Shown here one piece after another: positions 1 through 9,407 of a DNA stretch of 64,000 nt. A program made the position numbers and the translations under genes. The notes under the pieces were generated by a model. That model did not search any database and was not told where the DNA came from. It saw only the letters and a program-made list of their open reading frames with translations. Each line of letters opens with the position of its first letter. Position 1 is the stretch's first letter. The stretch comes from an uncultured archaeon (GTDB lineage Archaea; Thermoplasmatota; Thermoplasmata; Thermoplasmatales; Thermoplasmataceae), in the NCBI GenBank assembly GCA_000965745.1, contig CP009479.1:1120001-1184000 (forward strand), written 5' to 3'.

Positions 1-1785
1 TACCTCTATTTGATCTAAATCCTCTTTACAGGCACTCAGGAAGTATTCCTTTTCCTTTTCTGTTAGCAGGCATCTTTCCTGAAGGTCCCTGTATTTCTCA
101 CTTTCGAATATATTGGGGGGCATATCCTCATCAAAATCGAATAGTGGATCGTCAGCCGCACTTCTAGGCAGGAAATACCCTTCTGAATTAGCAAACTCCA
201 TCGCTTTCTCCATGTACGATGAAATGGATTTCAGTGTTTCTCTGAAAGCGTCCTGGGAACTCTCAAGTCTCTTGAATAAGTTAAGCCTCACTATGGTTTT
301 TACAAGTTCCTTGAGCTTCTCCTTTTTTTCTCTTTCCTTGAACTGTGAAATTGATTGCCCAGTGGGAAGTTTTAGCTCTGTAAGCTTTTCCACAGAAAAC
401 TCGTAGGGAGCAAAGTGTAATTTCTCGAGTTTGTAATCGAGGTCTTCATATTCTATATTGGAAGTGTATCTGTTGTTTTTGTTCGTGTCGATTACCCTTT
501 CGGGAAATCCTTTCATGTCCTTTTCAAGCATCTGGGCAAATTTTCTTGAATGTCTTACTACGAACCGTTCGAGGACCTGGGACATCTCAAACGATTTCCC
601 CTCAAGAAGCAATTTCTGGCTGCTTCCAAAATACCCCTTAAGGGTCATACCTTCTATATCCATTATTGATTCCTCCGACGCGAAAAGAGCGATGAGATTG
701 TATAGATCCATTAGGCTGTTGTTGACTGGAGTGGCAGTTGCAAGGACCACTTCTGCGGAGTTGTGAAGTATCAAGTCCCTTAGAGCCTTATACCTGTTGG
801 AGGATGAAGATTTGAAGTAATGAGCTTCGTCCACCATAATGAAGTTGTTTCCCTTGCCACTATATTTCTCCACAAAGTCATCTGGGTTTGCAGAAATATA
901 CTCTGAATTGATGCCTTCTATTTTTGTGTCGAGAACTTCCATCTCCTTTTCCCAAGTGGTTTCGAGGACACTTTTCGGGGCAATAAGCAATACTTTCTTT
1001 CCCTCCCTCCTTGCTTCATGAGCTAGAGCTATCATGGTTCTTGTTTTTCCCAATCCTGTGGAGTCCGCTATAACTACGCCCTTGTATTCTGAAAGTATCT
1101 TTCTGGCTTCAAGGACAGAAACCACTTGAAATCTCTTTAACCCCATCATCTTGATTTTCTCCGCCTCTTGAAGGTCTTTGTTGTAGTATTCGTACAACGC
1201 CTTTGAGGCTACTTCATACGGAGTATGGGTGATTGTATAATTCTTCAGGAAGCTAATAAAATTGCTCTTGTAATCTTCTGCCGATTGCCATTTATCGTCA
1301 AACCAGGTTGTTATCTCCCTAAGCAACTCTCTATCTGTATTCTCAACGTTTAACTCACTGTTTGTCTTCAAACCCGCATAGGTGAAGTTGCTGGACCCAA
1401 CGATGCCAATTCCAGTCTTCGGGTTATCAAGACTTGGAGAAACTCCAACGTACGCCTTTCCGTGAAAGAATGGGCCATTCTTCTTTCTAACTTCTCGTTT
1501 ATCGTTTGAAAAGTAGTTTACGGCATCCATCATAAGTGAGTAATACTCTGGATCATCCTCCTGCTCCTCAAGCTCCCTGACAATCTCTTCCTCAAATGTT
1601 ACACTTTCATCCTGAGGTCTGCCTAACAGAAATTTTAGTGGTTTATCCTCGATAGAATCTTTGAGGAGACCAAACCCTCTAATATTGAAGTAAGCAGATG
1701 CAAATGCTAGTTCATTGACGCTTTTTAGTTCTTGATTGAGAGAATCCGCAAGCTTCTCCTTCCCGTTGTCAATTATCCTGCTCAT
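1..1785 (-). CDS. PLD(HKD)-nuclease domain fused to SNF2/SF2 helicase (3' end runs off window)
   Basis: Not in ORF track; translated by hand from ATG at 1785: MSRIIDN...ASAYF...FHGKAY...IVGSSNFT..GL..NSELN (PLDc_2-like), ADSTGLGKT (Walker A), MVDEAH (Walker B), ATATPVNN (motif III). Confidence 0.9.
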   Translation of the reverse strand, partial: MSRIIDNGKEKLADSLNQELKSVNELAFASAYFNIRGFGLLKDSIEDKPLKFLLGRPQDESVTFEEEIVRELEEQEDDPEYYSLMMDAVNYFSNDKREVRKKNGPFFHGKAYVGVSPSLDNPKTGIGIVGSSNFTYAGLKTNSELNVENTDRELLREITTWFDDKWQSAEDYKSNFISFLKNYTITHTPYEVASKALYEYYNKDLQEAEKIKMMGLKRFQVVSVLEARKILSEYKGVVIADSTGLGKTRTMIALAHEARREGKKVLLIAPKSVLETTWEKEMEVLDTKIEGINSEYISANPDDFVEKYSGKGNNFIMVDEAHYFKSSSSNRYKALRDLILHNSAEVVLATATPVNNSLMDLYNLIALFASEESIMDIEGMTLKGYFGSSQKLLLEGKSFEMSQVLERFVVRHSRKFAQMLEKDMKGFPERVIDTNKNNRYTSNIEYEDLDYKLEKLHFAPYEFSVEKLTELKLPTGQSISQFKEREKKEKLKELVKTIVRLNLFKRLESSQDAFRETLKSISSYMEKAMEFANSEGYFLPRSAADDPLFDFDEDMPPNIFESEKYRDLQERCLLTEKEKEYFLSACKEDLDQIEV

Positions 1786-4700
1786 CTGAATTCTCCCTCG
1801 ACTTAAGTGGGCGTGCCGCCTTCAGCAATCTGTCCTCCACTAACTCAATAAATTCTGTGTAAAGTTGTTCCAATGAGAGATCGTCAATGCCAATCGCATT
1901 TAACGTATCGGCATCAAGCGCTTGTCTGTCCTTCATCTTTATTTCATCAAAGTAAATTCGTACATCTCGATTCATTGTAATACCATGTTCCTTAACAGAA
2001 TAGAGATTCAGATCTGGGACGGGCATCTGTTCATAATCTCCCACCATTATATCTGATGCTCCCCCTCCCAATCGTCTGCAAAACAGCTCAACTGTCATTA
2101 AGAATAGAGTTGAATTCAGGTATTTCCAGATCCTTTCTGGATCCTTAACGTCCAACGCATACAGCCGATGGTCACAAATAACTGGTTCGTGGGAGATGGG
2201 AATGTACAGTTTATCCATCATTGACATGGGTAAAAGTATTCTTACAGGCTTCAAATCCGCAAGTTTAAACCAGGGCTTCCTGTTTTTGGTGGTTTCAAGA
2301 CTGTTGTACCCTTTTACTTTTCTGCCTTTTCCTCTCACTTCAATTTCCTGCTGTTCACCCCACCTTATGTATTGTTCAGTCAGGCTTCCGGGTTCGTGCG
2401 TGTAAAGACAGAGCGTGATAGGTTCTTTGATTACATAACTGCCAAGTTGTTTTGGACTTCGAATTAAAGGCTTGACATCTTTCTTGTCTAAAACAAACCT
2501 CTCACCACCCTCATTCTCAATATAGGTGAGGTCTTGCTCCCTCAGCTCATTCTCATTTTTTGCTTTAACGCCCGACTCATCGAATTTTCTTGGATTGGAA
2601 TGATAGTCGGCTTCGTACTGTGATGAGACATCTTTCATGTAGAAGAATTCGTTTGCTCCCGTTGTGAATCCACGCTTTATTTCGGTAAAGTCACCCAGCT
2701 TGTGCGTAAGTTTAGGGTAGACCTCCTCCATGAACATTTTCGGAGCGCGAAGATAGAACCATTTCCCCGGTCTAAGATTGTATCTGACAAATGTTACATT
2801 GTTCCGAGCCTGTCGAGATAGGTAAGATTCCAGATAGACAAAATCTGTGTTCTTTGAAGAATCCGTCTCGGAACTGTAAACGAAGATTATGCTGTTTATA
2901 TCTGCTCCAAATGTTCTATTTCGCTGCCCATATATGCCTATGAGTCTCGATGACAACCTCTCTTGAATGTCAGCTCCATAACCGGTTTCAAGCCACTTAT
3001 CAGAACTTATTACGGACACCACTCCATCGTCACGCAGCAGTTGAAGAGCCCTAACTATGAAATACCCGTACAAATCCGATTTTTTATTGAGCTTGTGTGC
3101 GGAGTTATAATATTTTTTCTTATCCTCTGGTATGTTTTCCTGTCTAACATAAGGTGGGTTCATGACTATTATGTCTGCTTTGTCAGGCAGCCAGGACTCT
3201 ATCATGCCTCCTTTGATTCCTGTCTTAATTTCCAGTTCCATCTGAATTTCGGCCAATTCTCTCCTTAACTTTGCTCTTTCAGTGGAACTCGTGGCATTGG
3301 TAAACCTCTCTCTAATAAATTTCATTCTTTCGAAAATGTCTAAAGATTCGTCGCCTAACTTTGCTTGAACGCCTTGTGGTTTAACCAATGAGTCTCCTAT
3401 TGTCACTAAGTTCATATCTAAGCTTCTAAGAACTTCAGGGTCCTTCTTATCTACAATCATGGATAGCCACAGACGGAGTCTGGCAATCTCTATTGCTTCA
3501 CCCTCAATGTCAAAACCAAAGAGGTTCTGAAGTATCTGATCCTTGTATTGGTTAACGGAGGATTTCCAACCAACGGACTCGTCCAATCTTGTGAGAATTC
3601 CAATTATCTCCTGCATCATACCCAGAAGAAAGCCTCCAGAACCTACTGCTGGGTCCAGTACTCTGATACTTAGTAGTTTTCTTCTTAGTTCCAGAACATC
3701 TTTCTCACTCCTTTTTTCACTCAAGGTATTAAGGAGAATATCGATCCCATCTTTCAGAACTTTTTTGCCATCCAGCTGTTCAACTGGTTCAGACATTCCC
3801 AGAAAGTTTGACAGCGCCCTTCTGCAAATAAAAGATATTTCTTCAGGGGGAGTGTAGAAGGTTCCTTTCGACCCCCTCTCATTCTCAGGCAGCATATTCT
3901 CGAATATCGTTCCTATCATTGCAGGGTCTACGCTTACTTCAACGTCATTTGGCGACAACTCATCTACTGTAAAGTTGTATTTGTTCAGGAATTCCCTTGC
4001 CTTGTAAAAAATGTCATTCATGGGTTCGCGCAATTCCTGCTCAATGCTTTTGGGGAAGTAGTCCTCCCTCTCAAACAGCGTTCCGTCTAGATATGGAAAA
4101 CCTACATTGCCTTCTTTGCTTAGTGCCTCGTAAAATATCCAATTCAGTTCATCATAGTTTTTGACGGTGTCTACGAACTTACTATCTCCTTTCAGCCAAC
4201 CCTTTTTCTGAAGGAAATAAAGGAACATTAACCTGCCCAGGAACCTCTGAGAATACGCGTTCGTATTAGATCCAAGAACATCCTTGGTTACGCTATAAAT
4301 TTCTTGATATATATCCCTGTATTCTTGGAAAAACGCCTCTCTTAACTTTTCATAGGGTAGAAATTCATTGTCGTATGCTTCTCTCAGGGCTTTCTTATCG
4401 GATATATACTTAAGTGAACTAAGAGCCTCGGAATCGGTCCTGTATATATTACCAGAGAGACTCAGAATTCTAGCTTTCGTGGAATCCTCCTCAACTGCTC
4501 CAGGAATAACTATTGAATAGCTATCTTGTCCATCTTCGAAAATAATCAACTGCCTTCCCTGCTGATGGGTTTTCCAGTATCGTGAAATTCTTGAGGCAGC
4601 TGCCCTGGTTGGCAATTCATCAAATTCAAGAAGTATTAAATCAAAAGTAAGAGGGTCTGAATAGAAAAGAATGCCTCTTTTGAGATTGACACCTGGAGGA

Positions 4701-4813
4701 ATGGCTTTTCTCTCTCTTAGAAAATTCACAGGAATGTCTGTTTCCCCGGTAGGGTAGCCTAATTTTATCAGGCGTTCATGCCAGAATGCTCGTCCGAATT
4801 CTTCATTTGCCAC
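1769..4813 (-). CDS. Large N6-adenine DNA methyltransferase (Eco57I/type IIG-like, gamma class)
   Basis: GTFYTP, VLDPAVGSGGFL (motif I), GFDIE, IVMNPPY (motif IV), C-terminal TRD-like region; overlaps helicase start. Confidence 0.9.
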   Translation of the reverse strand: MANEEFGRAFWHERLIKLGYPTGETDIPVNFLRERKAIPPGVNLKRGILFYSDPLTFDLILLEFDELPTRAAASRISRYWKTHQQGRQLIIFEDGQDSYSIVIPGAVEEDSTKARILSLSGNIYRTDSEALSSLKYISDKKALREAYDNEFLPYEKLREAFFQEYRDIYQEIYSVTKDVLGSNTNAYSQRFLGRLMFLYFLQKKGWLKGDSKFVDTVKNYDELNWIFYEALSKEGNVGFPYLDGTLFEREDYFPKSIEQELREPMNDIFYKAREFLNKYNFTVDELSPNDVEVSVDPAMIGTIFENMLPENERGSKGTFYTPPEEISFICRRALSNFLGMSEPVEQLDGKKVLKDGIDILLNTLSEKRSEKDVLELRRKLLSIRVLDPAVGSGGFLLGMMQEIIGILTRLDESVGWKSSVNQYKDQILQNLFGFDIEGEAIEIARLRLWLSMIVDKKDPEVLRSLDMNLVTIGDSLVKPQGVQAKLGDESLDIFERMKFIRERFTNATSSTERAKLRRELAEIQMELEIKTGIKGGMIESWLPDKADIIVMNPPYVRQENIPEDKKKYYNSAHKLNKKSDLYGYFIVRALQLLRDDGVVSVISSDKWLETGYGADIQERLSSRLIGIYGQRNRTFGADINSIIFVYSSETDSSKNTDFVYLESYLSRQARNNVTFVRYNLRPGKWFYLRAPKMFMEEVYPKLTHKLGDFTEIKRGFTTGANEFFYMKDVSSQYEADYHSNPRKFDESGVKAKNENELREQDLTYIENEGGERFVLDKKDVKPLIRSPKQLGSYVIKEPITLCLYTHEPGSLTEQYIRWGEQQEIEVRGKGRKVKGYNSLETTKNRKPWFKLADLKPVRILLPMSMMDKLYIPISHEPVICDHRLYALDVKDPERIWKYLNSTLFLMTVELFCRRLGGGASDIMVGDYEQMPVPDLNLYSVKEHGITMNRDVRIYFDEIKMKDRQALDADTLNAIGIDDLSLEQLYTEFIELVEDRLLKAARPLKSRENSDEQDN

Positions 4814-4985
4814 TTAAATCACCGTCAATTCTCTTTGGTATGGTGAATGATTTACCCTCTCCCACATATATATTAAAATTTTCTCCACATTCCGAACACT
4901 TGACTCTTTTTACGAGATAGGTTCCAAATTGCCATGACTTGAATGGTTCATTAGAATTCTCTAGCCCGCAAGTTGGACATTTCAT
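4803..4985 (-). CDS. Small Zn-ribbon protein
   Basis: CPTC...CSEC motifs; overlaps MTase start by 11 bp. Confidence 0.7.
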   Translation of the reverse strand: MKCPTCGLENSNEPFKSWQFGTYLVKRVKCSECGENFNIYVGEGKSFTIPKRIDGDLSGK

Positions 4986-5044
4986 AAGTTGATCAAGAAG
5001 TGTGTATATAATAAATTTTCAATCAAACAGTTGCAGATTAGTAA

Positions 5045-5209
5045 TCACTCCAATTTTTCAATAACCACCTTCCCGTCCTCCAGGTAAAAGCCAATTATCT
5101 CTTCAGCACTGAGGGCCAGTACATTCGTAACCTTACGTGGAACTGTAATCCTCAACGAAGATCCTCTCTTTGAAACATGTGACACATCTATCAATTCTTT
5201 GTGCATCAT
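5045..5209 (-). CDS. AbrB/MazE-type swapped-hairpin regulator (paralog A, 54 aa)
   Basis: Below ORF cut-off; MMHKELIDVSHVSKRGSSLRITVPRKVTNVLALSAEEIIGFYLEDGKVVIEKLE. Confidence 0.8.
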   Translation of the reverse strand: MMHKELIDVSHVSKRGSSLRITVPRKVTNVLALSAEEIIGFYLEDGKVVIEKLE

Positions 5210-5278
5210 TTGCTGCATGATTGTTTGCGAACGAATGGAATTGGAACTTCAACTATACAGGATGCCGGTCAGCAAAGT

Positions 5279-6319
5279 TCACTCAAGTTCCAAGTCCGAA
5301 CGGCTGAAACCAAACTTCTCCAACAGCTCGTATGATTTCATGACAATATTGCTCGCACTAAGATTAAGCATAAGCCATAGTCCCCCATTGATCGGTTTTC
5401 CTCCAGGGAGAGGTTTCCCATTCTTATTGCGATTCTCTTTGTTGATAAGATATCTCTTGTATCCTGCTTCTATCGGAACATTATTTCTAGAGAGCTTTCC
5501 CTTCTCTACAAGCCAGTTTGCCACATTTATGAGAATCTGGTTTTGGGCACTAATTTTATACTCCCTGCCATTGAGGCGCATTTTGGTATAGTATCTGTTG
5601 CTGTAACTTGTCTCAATATCGTTGTGATCCATCACAGGAGGTTCTACAGACCCAGGAGACAATAATGACTCCGCTTTTTCCCTGAGAAAATCGCGTACTT
5701 CCTCAAGTTCATATTTAAACTGTGCAGATCTTGAGCTCAACTGTTCGATGAAATAACTTGAGAAAACATTAGAAAATGCCTCTGGGTCTTCTATGAGTTC
5801 GTCCCACAGTGAATTTAGGTTATCGTTCTTAGCTACTAGTTCCTCAATCTTCATCACGTTGTTCGGGGACAGACTGCTTAGATTTCTGAGCACTCTTTCA
5901 ACAGAGTCATTCTCAATATTGACTCGCCATATGACTCTGTCAATATATGGCTTGAACTCTTCATAGGACTTGAACAGAACAAAGTCGGAACCATTTGTTA
6001 TGAGACCGTATCTAGATCCTACGTCGGATGAATACCTGGCAAGCTGCTTTATCTTCTGCATAGTATCCTCCCGCAGTTTCTTTGCCTCGAGTAGAATGAT
6101 TTTTTTATCTTCTTGAAGGAGGGAATAGTCAGGAAATCCCCCTTCTCCAGTATTTTCTTCTGGTACAACTTCGTCCGGATTCTCGATATCCCATCCAAGC
6201 TCTCTTAGTATTGGGTCTATAATCTGTTGTCTTACAGCTGCCTCGTTCCTGTCATACAGGTCTCTGTGGTCTTCTATTCTCTTCTTAATTTTCTCGACAA
6301 ACATCTTATCAAATGACAT
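5279..6319 (-). CDS. HsdR_N-type PD-(D/E)xK endonuclease with C-terminal DNA-binding domain
   Basis: NEAAVRQQIIDPILRELGWD...E...PDY...LEAK, GLITNG; GGAGG SD upstream. Confidence 0.8.
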   Translation of the reverse strand: MSFDKMFVEKIKKRIEDHRDLYDRNEAAVRQQIIDPILRELGWDIENPDEVVPEENTGEGGFPDYSLLQEDKKIILLEAKKLREDTMQKIKQLARYSSDVGSRYGLITNGSDFVLFKSYEEFKPYIDRVIWRVNIENDSVERVLRNLSSLSPNNVMKIEELVAKNDNLNSLWDELIEDPEAFSNVFSSYFIEQLSSRSAQFKYELEEVRDFLREKAESLLSPGSVEPPVMDHNDIETSYSNRYYTKMRLNGREYKISAQNQILINVANWLVEKGKLSRNNVPIEAGYKRYLINKENRNKNGKPLPGGKPINGGLWLMLNLSASNIVMKSYELLEKFGFSRSDLELE

Positions 6320-6423
6320 AACTTATCCTCCCATATCGATTGCATGAACGAGTCTGAGGTGATTTGGGCAAAGTCTCTGTATACTTGTAATTAAGGAACT
6401 GTAATAAACTAATAAATTATTGC

Positions 6424-7424
6424 TAGTGCGTTGCACAATTCAATAGGCATGTGTCATCTCTCTCATGATGTTGTAGTACTGCACCTTCAGGGCGATCTCC
6501 TGAACTATGTAATCAGACCTGACAGCCTTGATCACCTCACCCATTGTTCTCTTGAGACCTGAGAAATATATCTCTACATTCCACCGTTTCCCATACTGTA
6601 CCGATTCCTTCCACCTCTTCTCAGATGTCCTTCTGATCTGTCTGACAACCTTAGCCCTTGCCGGTGATCCCCTGGATTGTGTGGAGGCGTTCTTCCTTGG
6701 CGGTATTATTGTGCCATGCCCAAAGTCATTGAATATCTTCTTTGAATCATATCCCTTGTCTCCGTATATCCTCAGTATTCTGTCCCTGACAGATTCCAGT
6801 ATCTTTCTGCCCTCCTTCGCATCATGGACATGCTCATCGGTGATGGAGAAGGAGAGCACCGAGACATCATGTATTGAGATGACCGCATGGAGCTTGTTCC
6901 ATCCTCTTCTGCGGCGATTCCATTTAGTACCCAGATAATCGCCCCTGATAGTGATCTTGAAACCGGTGGAATCAATGGCACAGTCCACCGGTTTCCCATC
7001 AGTATGGGGAAGAGTTGGCACGATCTTCCTGATCCTCCTGAATATGTTGGTATAGCACACTGTCCTGATTCCCGAGATCCTGGAGAATACCCTGGCAATT
7101 CCTTCAAGAGACCTGAAGGGAACGCTGTACAGTGCTCTCAGCTTCGCAAGGAATGTTATGAACGCATTTGGTGTTTTGAAGGGATGTCCTCTCTTTCCTC
7201 TGTTGTTATCCTGCAGCAGGTTCTTCCAGTTCATGAGGAATGAAGGGTCCATGAGGTCTTCAACCCTGTTCACCAAGGATCGGTTGTACCTGTCATGCCT
7301 TCGGTTAGAACCAACCCAATATCTTCTTGTGCTTCTATTGCCTATTGCAGTGATTTGTTGTGGTGTCATAACAACAAATCGTTCCCCTGTATTTCATTAT
7401 ACAGGGGAATTATGCAACACACTA
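6424..7424 (-). mobile_element. IS5-family (IS903-group-like) insertion sequence, 1001 bp
   Basis: 18-bp TIRs 6424-6441 / 7407-7424 (2 mismatches); 9-bp target duplication AATTATTGC at 6415-6423 and 7425-7433. Confidence 0.92.
6440..7369 (-). CDS. IS5-family DDE transposase
   Basis: YNRSLVNR, AIDSTG, KLH, GDKGYDS, Y..RWNVE.YFS motifs. Confidence 0.92.
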   Translation of the reverse strand: MTPQQITAIGNRSTRRYWVGSNRRHDRYNRSLVNRVEDLMDPSFLMNWKNLLQDNNRGKRGHPFKTPNAFITFLAKLRALYSVPFRSLEGIARVFSRISGIRTVCYTNIFRRIRKIVPTLPHTDGKPVDCAIDSTGFKITIRGDYLGTKWNRRRRGWNKLHAVISIHDVSVLSFSITDEHVHDAKEGRKILESVRDRILRIYGDKGYDSKKIFNDFGHGTIIPPRKNASTQSRGSPARAKVVRQIRRTSEKRWKESVQYGKRWNVEIYFSGLKRTMGEVIKAVRSDYIVQEIALKVQYYNIMREMTHAY

Positions 7425-7664
7425 AATTATTGCGTTACTCTTATAATTCTGTGCATGTAAACGGCAACTGAATTGTACCCAGTTATGGCAAACGAAAAGT
7501 ATCCAGTCTTGGGAGCAGAACCAATGTAACTGGTTCCTGGATAGGACAGGTAAAGTCTAAAGTTGACGTCGTCGAACTTATTGCACTCTAAGCTCCTATT
7601 GGTACGCTGGATTTTTACATGATACGATTGCTATAAGCCAACTTCGGCAGTATGCAATGTACAG

Positions 7665-8441
7665 TCAATTTTTATGAGTCTTTTTCTTGGGCCTTTTCTT
7701 CTTCTGAACTCGGCGTACCATGTATATAGCTGATTTTGACCCATCCTCTCTGATGTCTTCCAACGAAAATATATCGGGCAGGTTTCTAACGAGGTCAGTT
7801 AATTTTTTAAACCCAAACGATCGTTGATCGAACCCAGGGTTTATCTTGCGCACAGATTCACCTATACAGGTCAGATAAGCCTTTTCCTCATCCTTTTCAC
7901 ACATTTCGTAAGCTCTAAGCAACTGGTCAATTATTTCCCTGTTCTTTTCCTTGCTCCTTGGAGACTCTTCTAGAATCACTTTCACATCTTTTTCTGCCTT
8001 GGTTAAATTATCAGTGTAAACAAACACATTACATGCATTCACCAAGGAAGAAGAGGTTATATTTCTGCCAATTCCAAGGACAAATTTTCCACTTTCCTTC
8101 AGCCTTAAAACTAGTCTTGTGAAATCACTGTCACTCGACACAAGGCAAAAGGCGTCTATTTCGTTATTATACAGTATGTCCATCGCATCTATCACCATAG
8201 CAAAGTCCGAGGAATTTTTGCCGGAAAGATTGTGTATCTGAAGAACTGGAGAGAATGCTTTCTCAAGAATAACCCTGTTCCAAGGGCTCATGCTCTGAAT
8301 CGTGAAGTCACCATATATTCTTCTGATTACCACCTCTCCATATTTTCCTATCTCATCCACAACAGAGTCTATGAGTTTATGTTCTGCGTTTTCAGCATCA
8401 ATAAGCAGGGCAAATTTTAGCGATCTGTCAGATTCTTCCAT
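7665..8441 (-). CDS. NYN (LabA/DUF88) ribonuclease with C-terminal OST-HTH/LOTUS domain
   Basis: LIDAEN, GKNSSDFAMVIDAMD, LVSSDSDF, PGFDQRSFGFKKLTDL; likely start ATG 8441 right after AbrB stop. Confidence 0.88.
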   Translation of the reverse strand: MEESDRSLKFALLIDAENAEHKLIDSVVDEIGKYGEVVIRRIYGDFTIQSMSPWNRVILEKAFSPVLQIHNLSGKNSSDFAMVIDAMDILYNNEIDAFCLVSSDSDFTRLVLRLKESGKFVLGIGRNITSSSLVNACNVFVYTDNLTKAEKDVKVILEESPRSKEKNREIIDQLLRAYEMCEKDEEKAYLTCIGESVRKINPGFDQRSFGFKKLTDLVRNLPDIFSLEDIREDGSKSAIYMVRRVQKKKRPKKKTHKN

Positions 8442-8442
8442 G

Positions 8443-8601
8443 TTATTCCAGTATAGAGAGTGATACCTTATCACCTTCTCTGTAGAAACCAATAATCGAT
8501 CCTTCGCTTATCGACAGTAAGGATGCAACTTTCTTCGGTACCGTAATTCTAAGCGAAGAACCTCTCTTCGACACATGTGACACATCTATCAATTCTTTCA
8601 T
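8443..8601 (-). CDS. AbrB/MazE-type regulator (paralog B, 52 aa)
   Basis: Below ORF cut-off; MKELIDVSHVSKRGSSLRITVPKKVASLLSISEGSIIGFYREGDKVSLSILE. Confidence 0.8.
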   Translation of the reverse strand: MKELIDVSHVSKRGSSLRITVPKKVASLLSISEGSIIGFYREGDKVSLSILE

Positions 8602-8699
8602 AAATTGTAATTATTGCACAATATAAGTACTTACTTTCTTTCTATTAGGAAATGAGATTAAACTGAGTGATAAGCAGATAAGTTGTAAAGCTAAGATAT

Positions 8700-9403
8700 T
8701 TAGAGAAACTACAAGGTTAAGTGGTAATATCGGCGCTTCTGGAAGTGTTACTGTTGTCATTACTTCGACTGGTAAAGTCCTGACGCATAACAACACCCTT
8801 GACGATGGCTCGGGGAACATGTTTCCAGCAGGTTACACGACGTTAGGTGGTGGTGCTAACGTAGGAACTTCAGCAGGAACATTAAACGCACACCATGAGA
8901 GTCATTTCGATAATGGTTCATATTCAGACCCCGATTCTGGCATAACAGGAGACGTAAAAGCTGGGCAGAACGGTATAGCTATCAATGGCGGACTGAAAGT
9001 AAATAGCGGTAACACTATTCTGAATGGCGGTAACGGCATAACACAGTATCGTAATATTGGCTCTTCGGGATGGGGAATGGCACAGGTTGTGGCACAAACT
9101 AGTGGGTCAGGAAGCGTGAGCGCAACATTTCAGATAATTAATTATTCCGCACCCACAGGTCTGTATTTAGTAATGTTTCAGGGTAAAGTAGATACTACAT
9201 GGGGCGTTATTGTGACTACTTCTAGCGATGTATCCGGTGGCAGTTATTCGATTGACAACTTTAGCGGCTCTGGAAGTGGCACACGACATTAACTTGTTAA
9301 TACTGTGTCGGCCGGTTTAGGTGGCTCTACCATAACAGTGAAGTTTAACAATAGCGGGACTGCGAGTGCTTGGTGGAGTGCAGCAATAGTGAGAGTGTAT
9401 TGA
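8700..9403 (+). pseudogene. Gly/Ser/Thr-rich fibre/surface-protein fragment (5' truncated, internal stop)
   Basis: Frame of ORF 8819-9292 is open upstream without a start codon and continues in frame after TAA 9290-9292 to TGA 9403. Confidence 0.55.
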
Positions 9404-9407
9404 AAGA

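Noticed and set aside
113-1021. Plus-strand ORFs 113-406, 458-766, 839-1021
   Set aside because: Shadows of the minus-strand PLD-helicase gene
7425-7630. About 65-codon open minus-strand frame (KFDDVNFRLYLSYPG...) ending at the IS target site
   Set aside because: No start codon and no recognisable family; may be a remnant but cannot be supported
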